64,000 nt of DNA from a virus, in the IMG/VR virus record IMGVR_UViG_3300045988_122072, positions 96,001 to 160,000 of that record; one strand, written 5' to 3'. The notes below the pieces were generated by a model that saw nothing but the letters and a program-made list of their open reading frames with translations, did not search any database and was not told the DNA's origin. This document shows positions 1 through 6,275 of the stretch, piece after piece. Made by a program: the position numbers and the translations under genes. How positions within the stretch are numbered: position 1 is the stretch's first letter; every line of letters starts with the position of its first letter.

Positions 1-386
1 CTACTGCGGTAAATGGTCATATGAAGCAAGAGGATATGCCTAAGAATGTACTGATTATTTCAGACATGGAGTTTGACTCCTGTGCAACTTGTGGTGGTAA
101 TGGGTATGGTCTTAATAGACCTAGTGCAAGACTTTTTGAGACAATTAAGAAGCGTTTTGAGGATGCTGGGTATCAAATGCCTAGATTAGTCTTCTGGAAT
201 GTAAATTCTCGCACTGGAACTATTCCTGTAAAGGAAAATGACCTTGGTGTTGCTCTTGTTAGTGGATTCTCCACTAATGTTTGCAAGATGGTCATGAGTG
301 GTAAGACCGATCCTTATGAGTGCCTTGTTGAGACGCTTATGAGTGAGAGATATGATGCGGTGGAAGCCGCATTGAAGAACTTTTAA
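1..386 (+). CDS. DUF2828 / vWA-like protein, C-terminal fragment (5' end lies left of the window)
   Basis: Frame is open from nt 3 to TAA 384-386. Motifs VLIISDMEFD and RLVFWNVNS...GVALVSGFS match my memory of the C-terminal vWA-like part of the DUF2828 family. Not searched. Confidence 0.5.
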   Translation, partial: TAVNGHMKQEDMPKNVLIISDMEFDSCATCGGNGYGLNRPSARLFETIKKRFEDAGYQMPRLVFWNVNSRTGTIPVKENDLGVALVSGFSTNVCKMVMSGKTDPYECLVETLMSERYDAVEAALKNF

Positions 387-434
387 GGAGTTAAGTATGG
401 TGCTGGGCATCACCTTAAAGCTGCCCTAAGATAT

Positions 435-762
435 GCAGGTGTGTCGGAATTGGTATACGAAACAGACTCCGCTCATAGGTAAAAGCTATGAAGGTTGGGT
501 CACTATTTTGGAAACGAAATAGTTAGTAAACTCCCTAATTCTTGGAACGCTAAGTCTTAATAAGATACGCCAATCAAGAGCTAAATGAACTAAGTTCTAA
601 ATGTGTAGAGACTATAGAGGAGTTACCTAAACTTACATAAGTAAGCATGGTTATAAGATAGTCCAGACCACAAACACCAAATGGTGGCCATGAAAATGGT
701 AGGGGTAAGTAAAATCTGTTGCCCGTAAGGGATTGAGGGATCGTGGCCCTTCACCTGCACCA
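435..762 (+). tRNA. trnL: tRNA-Leu(UAA) gene interrupted in the anticodon loop by a group I intron (exons 435-468 and 710-762)
   Basis: Acceptor GCAGGTG (435-441) / CACCTGC (752-758), then A and CCA. Leu-type D arm TCG-GAATTGGTATA-CGA. Anticodon stem ACAGA (462-466) / TCTGT (715-719). Joined loop CT|TAAAA gives anticodon TAA. Long variable arm GCCC-GTAA-GGG. T arm GAGGG-ATCGTGG-CCCTT. Confidence 0.75.
469..709 (+). ncRNA. Group I intron (tRNA-type, IC3-like), 241 nt, no ORF
   Basis: The 5' exon ends in U468 and the intron ends in G709. GTGTAGAGACTA (603-614) equals the J6/7-P7 segment of the Azoarcus tRNA-Ile intron as I remember it. P7 candidate is GACTAT (610-615) / ATAGTC (658-663). Element order resembles cyanobacterial tRNA-Leu introns. 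I could not find a convincing P1, so the splice site is +-1 nt. Confidence 0.65.
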
Positions 763-1044
763 TGACCTTGGCAAGTCATTAAACTACCACATCCGCCTGA
801 TGTGTGCCAGCGGTCTAAAAGTACGGTAAACATCCTTCAAGGGTAGGGGATAGGAAGACCTGAGTTTACAGGGGAGTTGAATCCAGCCACTTGGAGTGAG
901 TCCTATAGCCCATGGTACTAAGGGACTATGCGTGAATGGATAAGGGATTATATCCAAACTCCTAAAAAGTACCTGAAACGCTAGGCAATTGTGAAATTCA
1001 AGCGTGTCCACTTTACTGGGCGTACCGTAAAAGCCGGATTATAT

Positions 1045-1121
1045 GGCCCATTGGTGAAGAAGAGTATCACGCTTGCCTGTCACGCAAGAGGACACCAGTT
1101 CAAGTCTGGTATGGGTCGCCA
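1045..1121 (+). tRNA. tRNA-Asp(GUC)
   Basis: Acceptor GGCCCAT / ATGGGTC. Anticodon arm CTTGC-CTGTCAC-GCAAG. T arm ACCAG-TTCAAGT-CTGGT. G then CCA encoded. The D loop (AGAAGAGTA) lacks the usual GG. Confidence 0.7.
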
Positions 1122-1124
1122 TTT

Positions 1125-1200
1125 GGAAGTATAGCTCAGTGGTTAGAGCGCTTGCCTGTTAAGCAAGATGTCGTAGGTTCAAGTCCTTCTACTTCCGCCA
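1125..1200 (+). tRNA. tRNA-Asn(GUU)
   Basis: Acceptor GGAAGTA / TACTTCC. D arm GCTC-AGTGGTTA-GAGC. Anticodon arm CTTGC-CTGTTAA-GCAAG. T loop TTCAAGT. GCCA 3' end. One U:U mismatch in the T stem. Confidence 0.85.
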
Positions 1201-1284
1201 TATGATAGTAAGTTGCTTAAACCGTTCTAGCAAACCCTATAAAATGGCAGAAACGGTGACGGTTGGAGAGACAACAAAATATAT

Positions 1285-1377
1285 GCCCTCATAGTTTAAT
1301 GGTAAAACACCCGGCCTATACCCGGCATTAAGGCTCCAGATTAGAGCACGTTCTCCGTTCGAGTCGGAGTGGGGGTA
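1285..1377 (+). tRNA. Atypical 93-nt tRNA-like gene, identity unresolved
   Basis: Acceptor GCCCTCA / TGGGGGT (G1.U72 and one more G.U). D arm GTTT-AATGGTA-AAAC. Canonical T arm CTCCG-TTCGAGT-CGGAG. Between them lie two hairpins, CCGG-CCTATAC-CCGG and GCTC-CAGATTA-GAGC, and neither has U33. No CCA is encoded. Confidence 0.4.
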
Positions 1378-1774
1378 GCTACTCAAGTCTTACAACCTCC
1401 ATGTGGTGAGTAGTGGGTAATGCTAATAGTAAGATATATTTATCATTCCCAATAATGACTTAGATATCATGATATCAACATATCAAATTGGGTGTCAGCC
1501 GTCAGGCACTTTAACGGCGTCATATCCTCTTTTAGTGTAAAGGTTGCACACCTCCAGTCAAGGAGCAGGAACGGTTCGATTCCGTACAGAGGACGGTTTG
1601 ACACAGCCGGAGTGTTATCTCTGGCATACGGATTAGCGTATGCAAAGCATTTGTCTTCGGATGGTAAAAATGCGAGAGAAGTCATCCCCTTGAACTTCTC
1701 ACTACATACATCCCTAGTGGTTGTTATGCTGAGGCCGATGATGGGGCGGTCGTTTATAATACCCCATTCAATAT

Positions 1775-1858
1775 GCCGCTGTGATGGAATGTATACATCT
1801 TGGTCTCAAAAACCAAGGCTCGAAAGAGATTGCGTGGTCGAACACGTCAGCGGTACCA
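1775..1858 (+). tRNA. tRNA-Leu(CAA), type II
   Basis: Acceptor GCCGCTG / CAGCGGT (G1.U72). 3-bp D stem ATG/CAT. Anticodon arm TTGGT-CTCAAAA-ACCAA. Variable arm CTC-GAAA-GAG. T stem GCGTG/CACGT with only a 6-nt loop GTCGAA. ACCA 3' end. Confidence 0.65.
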
Positions 1859-1885
1859 TTTGCGGTTATCCTAAACCGCATATAT

Positions 1886-1959
1886 GGCGGATTCGTTCAT
1901 TGGAAGGACACTCGGCTTTGACCCGAGAAAGGTTGGATCGTTACCAACATCCGCTGCCA
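1886..1959 (+). tRNA. tRNA-Gln(UUG)
   Basis: Acceptor GGCGGAT / ATCCGCT (G1.U72). D loop contains GG. Anticodon arm CTCGG-CTTTGAC-CCGAG. T arm GTTGG-ATCGTTA-CCAAC (A54/U58). GCCA 3' end. Confidence 0.7.
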
Positions 1960-2280
1960 GCCGATGAAACAAAGGCTTTGTTAGGTGGTGTTTGTGGAGG
2001 CTCTACCCGTAGGTTTGATGTTATCTTGTAAAGAGATGGTTCCTACGTCCTAACTTAGATCTTTCACAAAAACATCAACACATAATTGTCTTATCGCACC
2101 TCTGTTTAGCATTGCAAGTGCCCCAGATAAGCCTTTTGGAGAAAAATAAAATCCTATTTTTTCATAAGGGCGGACTGAATAAGTTGGTCATATTGAGTCC
2201 GTTCTAACTTTTGGTTGTAATGTAGTTGCTGAGTGGCTGATTGCTGACCACATGAAGCCATTCGGTAACGGCCAAAATAT

Positions 2281-2355
2281 GCGGGTGTAGTATAATGGTT
2301 ATTATGTCTGCCTTCCAAGCAGAAGATGGGGCTTCGATTGCCCTCACTCGCTCCA
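2281..2355 (+). tRNA. tRNA-Gly(UCC)
   Basis: Acceptor GCGGGTG / CACTCGC. Anticodon arm TCTGC-CTTCCAA-GCAGA. T arm GGGGC-TTCGATT-GCCCT. TCCA 3' end. Confidence 0.8.
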
Positions 2356-2487
2356 CCGCTCTCGCGGATTCTCGGCGATACTTCCAACAAGTATGCGAAG
2401 GAGAAAAATGGTATAAGTCTCACAATTACTACCTGCTGCTACAGGTTGACTGAATAAAGGTAATTCTTATTAGAAAGGAGTAGGCTT

Positions 2488-2760
2488 ATGTATCAAAACG
2501 TAATTGTTGGCGTTCCTTTGGTTGGAACTCCTGCGGAACTTTTTGGTTCTAGTCTGGAAGATTGGGCTCTGAACGAATCTGAAGTTACTCTTTTGACAGA
2601 AGAAAGATTTCTTCCTCGGATTTTAGTTGAAGCGGGGATTGTGAAAAGTACTAGCGAAGTTCGCAGAAATAGACCTGACCTTTGGAGAGAACTTAATGAG
2701 TTGGATTTCTTTCAAGTAAAATGGGGAAAGAAGTTTTTGTGGATTCTCGTTGGTGAATAA
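2488..2760 (+). CDS. Small S4-like RNA-binding protein resembling the C-terminal domain of tyrosyl-tRNA synthetase
   Basis: 90-aa ORF with SD AAAGGAG upstream, lying between tRNA-Gly and tRNA-Lys. ILVEAGIVKSTSEVRR and KWGKKFLWILVG resemble the TyrRS C-terminal LvxaGLxxSxSEARR ... RRGKKNYxLixW pattern (from memory). Confidence 0.45.
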   Translation: MYQNVIVGVPLVGTPAELFGSSLEDWALNESEVTLLTEERFLPRILVEAGIVKSTSEVRRNRPDLWRELNELDFFQVKWGKKFLWILVGE

Positions 2761-2766
2761 AAATAT

Positions 2767-2842
2767 CAGGATGTAGCTCAGTAGGTAGAGCAATTGCCTT
2801 TTAAGCAATGGGTCGGGAGTTCGAGACTCCCCATCCTGACCA
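2767..2842 (+). tRNA. tRNA-Lys(UUU)
   Basis: Acceptor CAGGATG / CATCCTG. D arm GCTC-AGTAGGTA-GAGC. Anticodon arm ATTGC-CTTTTAA-GCAAT. T arm GGGAG-TTCGAGA-CTCCC. ACCA 3' end. Confidence 0.9.
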
Positions 2843-2978
2843 GTAAGCCCTATTAGTTATGTTTACGTTTGTATGGTTTAGTTCATGACTGTACTGTTAT
2901 CTCTGTAAAAAACTAGCGATAGCGCTGTCGTGTTCTGCGGACGTAGGGCTAAAAATATTAAGAAGGGGATAAGATTAT

Positions 2979-3221
2979 ATGAGAATTAAAAACATTAATG
3001 AAATCAATGATTTTCTTTGTGCTGTAAAGCAATGTTCTGGAAATGTATATTTGACTTCTCCAGAAGGTGATAAATTTAACCTTAAATCTGAGTTTTCTCA
3101 ATATATTGCGCTAGGGGCTTTGCTTGGAGATAAGGGTGATTATCTCGAACTATTTTGTGATAATAAAGCAGACGAAACTTATTTCTTTAATTTTTTCAAC
3201 AATCATCCAGATATTAATTAA
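2979..3221 (+). CDS. hypothetical protein (80 aa)
   Basis: ORF preceded by AAGGGGA. No motif I can assign. Confidence 0.6.
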   Translation: MRIKNINEINDFLCAVKQCSGNVYLTSPEGDKFNLKSEFSQYIALGALLGDKGDYLELFCDNKADETYFFNFFNNHPDIN

Positions 3222-3231
3222 GGAGGTAAAT

Positions 3232-3393
3232 ATGGATACTAAAACGTTGAAAGACATTATTGCCACAAGAATTCAGGCCGAAAATGGTAATCCAACGGGG
3301 ATATCATTCTTGTATTCGATTGTGCAAATGGTTAATGAACTAGAGGAATTAAAATTAGAAAATGAACGTCTTAAGCAAGAACTATGTAAGTAA
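3232..3393 (+). CDS. hypothetical protein (53 aa, coiled-coil C-terminus)
   Basis: ATG 3232 lies 7 nt after AGGAGG. The ORF-track start at 3124 overlaps the previous gene and is less likely. Confidence 0.55.
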   Translation: MDTKTLKDIIATRIQAENGNPTGISFLYSIVQMVNELEELKLENERLKQELCK

Positions 3394-3459
3394 ATTATAA
3401 CCCGTGCTATCAATGGATCGGGTAGCATGGGTTATTATTTTTTTGTTATTAGGAGAGAT

Positions 3460-4104
3460 ATGATGAGTAAGTGGAAGCAAGTAACTATAATTTTTGGACT
3501 TTTATTATTTGTAATTATTATTAACATATTGAATAAAAAAGATTATGTAGCATCAGAAAATGCTAGTTTATATAAAGAACCTTTATTCATAGAATATGAA
3601 TCAGAAACAAACCCGCCAATTAACAAGCTTAATATTTATGAACAGGCAGTACTATATCAGGAAGAAATTTTCGAACAGCAACAAGAAACATTAAAGCAAG
3701 AAGAATTAGATGATATTTTATCAAAGTGTAGTATATATTGTGACGTGTCTGAAATCAAATTTGTAGATACAGATACACAATATACAGATTATGAGAAACA
3801 ACTATTAGCCCAATGTCTATATTGTGAAGCCGGAAGCACATCATGGGAGTGTCAAGTAATTACATTGTCTGCCATTCTTAATCATTGTGACGAATACGGT
3901 GGATTATGGGTATTAAATTCTGAAAATCATTTTGCAGTTGCTCCATATTATCAATATGTTATGCCACAAGAAGAACAATATAAAGTTGTTGATTATGTAT
4001 TATCTGGACATAGAATTACAGACGTTGTATATTTTAGAATACATACATTCCATAGTTTTGGTACGCCAATGTTATATGTAGATGGAGTATATTTCTCAAA
4101 ATAA
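3460..4104 (+). CDS. Membrane-anchored cell-wall hydrolase (SleB / Hydrolase_2-like)
   Basis: Start MMSKWK follows AGGAGAG. N-terminal TM helix. The C-terminal LLAQCLYCEAGSTSWECQVITLSAILNH...VVYF resembles the SleB-type hydrolase core. Confidence 0.55.
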   Translation: MMSKWKQVTIIFGLLLFVIIINILNKKDYVASENASLYKEPLFIEYESETNPPINKLNIYEQAVLYQEEIFEQQQETLKQEELDDILSKCSIYCDVSEIKFVDTDTQYTDYEKQLLAQCLYCEAGSTSWECQVITLSAILNHCDEYGGLWVLNSENHFAVAPYYQYVMPQEEQYKVVDYVLSGHRITDVVYFRIHTFHSFGTPMLYVDGVYFSK

Positions 4105-4105
4105 A

Positions 4106-4133
4106 ATAGTGGGCAATAACCCACTATTTTTTT
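4106..4133 (+). terminator. Rho-independent terminator
   Basis: Stem ATAGTGGG / CCCACTAT, loop CAATAA, followed by a T7 run. Confidence 0.8.
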
Positions 4134-4143
4134 ATGCAATGGG

Positions 4144-4198
4144 TTGACAAATTGTAAATACATGATATACTAATACAGGGTAAACAATACAAAATTAA
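4144..4198 (+). promoter_or_regulatory. Sigma-A type promoter plus conserved 15-nt leader box
   Basis: TTGACAAAT (4144-), 16-nt spacer, TGaTATACT (4163-4171), then ACAATACAAAATTAA (4184-4198) just upstream of an SD. Confidence 0.7.
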
Positions 4199-4215
4199 TA
4201 GAGGATGGTGTATAT

Positions 4216-4371
4216 ATGAAAACAGATAAGTATATTTTATTTTTCAAACACAATGGAGTTAATAAATGGATTGACGCAAATAATCTATCACTGCTTAAAA
4301 CAGTGCCGAATATTTGCGGGTGGATGACAGAATACAAAATTATTGACAGTATAACTGGAGAGGAGGTATAA
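4216..4371 (+). CDS. hypothetical small protein (51 aa)
   Basis: ATG 4216 follows GAGGATGG. The ORF ends one nt before the next start. It is below the ORF-track cutoff. It contains a 13/15 copy of the leader box at 4329-4343. Confidence 0.45.
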   Translation: MKTDKYILFFKHNGVNKWIDANNLSLLKTVPNICGWMTEYKIIDSITGEEV

Positions 4372-4372
4372 A

Positions 4373-5473
4373 ATGAGGGTGTATATGGACAATGCTGCTA
4401 CAACTCCCATTTGTGAAGCAGCAAAGAAAGCTATTCTAGAAAATTTGGATGAGTTCTATAATCCCAACAGTTCTTATGAGACGGCTCGTACTGTCAAAGT
4501 AAAGGTAGAAGAAGCACGTGAAAAGATTGCGGAATTGATTGGGGCAGAATCCAACGAAATCTATTTCACGTCTGGTGGATCAGAAGCAAATTCATGGGTG
4601 ATGTGTAATGGATTTTCTGTTGCTTCTAATATTGAACATCATTCTATTAAATCAGATTTTAAAATTAATGTAAATTCAAATGGATTGATTGATTGTACAA
4701 AGTTTAAAACAAAGATACATGAAATGAAAGACAATGATTTTTGTATTTCACCAAGCATTGCGTCATGTATGTTTGTAAATAACGAAATAGGGGTAATTGA
4801 ACCAATTAAATACTTGGCAAAGATTGCACATGACAATAATATGTTGTTTCATTCAGACGCAGTACAGGCCTTCCCTCATATGAAGATTGATGTAAAAAAT
4901 CTTGGCGTAGATATGATGTCGTGTTCGGGGCACAAGTTTGGCTCTCCTAAGGGGATCGGCTTCCTGTATATTAAAAATGGAATTAGTGTTAATCCATTAA
5001 TTAATGGTGGCGGACAAGAAAGAGGGATCCGAGGCGGCACGACCAATGTACTGGGCATCCTTGCAATGGCAGCAGCTTTAGAATATACAATCACGCATAT
5101 GGATGAAAATAATGCTAAACTCTCTTGCTTATCAAAGAAATTAAAGGATAACTTACTTGGGGTAAAAGGAGTCACACTTAATGCAATTGATGCAAAAACT
5201 CCATGTATAGAAAGTATTTTAAACCTCAGGATTGACGATGTGAAGAGTTCTGACCTAGTCACAATGTGTGATCTATATGGCATTGAGATTAGCTCTGGGT
5301 CGGCATGTAACGAAGGAACAGCAGAACCTTCTCATGTGCTCAAAGCTATTAGGCTCACAACCGAACAGGCATTAAGCAGCATTAGAATCTCACTATCTCA
5401 TCTAAACACTGAAGAAGAAATCGACTATGTTTCTAAAATGTTACCAAAAATTATTTCCAGATTACGCCAGTAA
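4373..5473 (+). CDS. Cysteine desulfurase (NifS/IscS-like class V aminotransferase)
   Basis: SGHKFGSPKGIGFLY (PLP lysine motif), SSGSACNEG (catalytic Cys loop), N-terminal YMDNAATTP. Confidence 0.85.
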   Translation: MRVYMDNAATTPICEAAKKAILENLDEFYNPNSSYETARTVKVKVEEAREKIAELIGAESNEIYFTSGGSEANSWVMCNGFSVASNIEHHSIKSDFKINVNSNGLIDCTKFKTKIHEMKDNDFCISPSIASCMFVNNEIGVIEPIKYLAKIAHDNNMLFHSDAVQAFPHMKIDVKNLGVDMMSCSGHKFGSPKGIGFLYIKNGISVNPLINGGGQERGIRGGTTNVLGILAMAAALEYTITHMDENNAKLSCLSKKLKDNLLGVKGVTLNAIDAKTPCIESILNLRIDDVKSSDLVTMCDLYGIEISSGSACNEGTAEPSHVLKAIRLTTEQALSSIRISLSHLNTEEEIDYVSKMLPKIISRLRQ

Positions 5474-5478
5474 GGTAC

Positions 5479-5522
5479 TTGACAAATGAAGATTCCATGC
5501 TATAATAACAATACAAAATTAA
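5479..5522 (+). promoter_or_regulatory. Sigma-A type promoter plus leader box
   Basis: TTGACAAAT (5479-), 16-nt spacer, TGcTATAAT (5498-5506), ACAATACAAAATTAA (5508-5522). Confidence 0.7.
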
Positions 5523-5541
5523 TTGAAAGGAGATTGACACC

Positions 5542-5712
5542 ATGACAGAGGACAATCGTATTAAGGAAGAAGCCAAGAAGCAGAGAAATTTTTGGACATG
5601 TCCACGACCAGTGACTAAGGTTCTGCGCAACGCTAAGGCATACAACAGAGCCAAGGATCGTAAGGATAAACGATTGTATGAGGAAGATGAGGGTGTTGTC
5701 GAAGAAAGATAA
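5542..5712 (+). CDS. hypothetical small basic protein (56 aa)
   Basis: ATG 5542 lies 9 nt after AAAGGAG. It overlaps the 5' end of the next ORF and is below the ORF-track cutoff. Confidence 0.4.
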   Translation: MTEDNRIKEEAKKQRNFWTCPRPVTKVLRNAKAYNRAKDRKDKRLYEEDEGVVEER

Positions 5713-6106
5713 AAGTTATTTTAGAGCAGCTCAGGCAGTTAGTACACTATCGGATTTTAAAAGAGTAAATGTAGGAGCAGTATTGGTTTATAAACACAGA
5801 ATTATTTCTAGCTCTTGCAATTCTCAGCGGACGCATCCTTTGCAGCAAAAACTTAATAAAGAGCGTTTTGAAGAGGAAACTCCTGCAAAGCTACATGCTG
5901 AAGTTAGTTGTCTTATTCCGCTGCTTGGAAATAAAGATATTAAGTGGAGAGATTGCGAACTCTACGTATACAGAGAATATAAGCGTGGTGGGCTGGCGAT
6001 GAGTCGCCCTTGCCCCTCCTGCCAAAAATTAATTAAAGAACTTGGCATTAAGACTGTCCATTACACGACTAACGGGGGATATGCCACAGAAGAATTTGAA
6101 ATTTAA
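5678..6106 (+). CDS. dCMP / cytidine deaminase family protein
   Basis: Zinc motifs LHAEVSCL and PCPSCQKLIKELGIKTVHYT. The exact start is uncertain (5678 or 5687). Confidence 0.75.
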   Translation: MRKMRVLSKKDKSYFRAAQAVSTLSDFKRVNVGAVLVYKHRIISSSCNSQRTHPLQQKLNKERFEEETPAKLHAEVSCLIPLLGNKDIKWRDCELYVYREYKRGGLAMSRPCPSCQKLIKELGIKTVHYTTNGGYATEEFEI

Positions 6107-6116
6107 GGAGATAGTT

Positions 6117-6275
6117 ATGAAAGAAGCATATTCTAATCTATGTAAAGCATGTTATATTCGCATTATGAAGCCTTCAAAGAAAGAAATTAAGAAAATTGTA
6201 ATGACGCCATATGAAACAGAATGTGAATGTTGCCATAAGACCAAACAGGTGGTTGATTATGCGGAGGACGATTAA
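6117..6275 (+). CDS. hypothetical Cys-rich small protein (52 aa)
   Basis: ATG 6117 follows TAAGGAG. Contains CxxC and CxCC clusters. Confidence 0.5.
   Translation: MKEAYSNLCKACYIRIMKPSKKEIKKIVMTPYETECECCHKTKQVVDYAEDD

Noticed and set aside
1492-2031. 179-aa plus-strand ORF, plus neighbouring ORFs 651-833(-), 784-1011(-), 1467-1685(-) and 2154-2423(-).
   Set aside because: They run through well-formed tRNA genes, an intron and structured spacers. They lack Shine-Dalgarno sites and have odd, Arg/Cys/Ser-rich composition. I treat them as spurious ORFs in an RNA-gene region.
763-2280. ROOL/GOLLD-type giant ornate RNAs, or a hammerhead ribozyme (CTGATG at about 795).
   Set aside because: Each unassigned segment is at most 400 nt, shorter than those RNA classes as I remember them. 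The hammerhead core is incomplete: CUGAUGU has no A9 and there is no properly placed GAAA. The segments are kept only as unassigned structured regions.
400-2850. Suppressor tRNA or alternative genetic code, given the odd tRNA-like genes.
   Set aside because: All long genes, including ORFs of 2816 and 3215 codons, are uninterrupted in the standard code. No tRNA with a clear CUA, UUA or UCA anticodon in a canonical loop was found.
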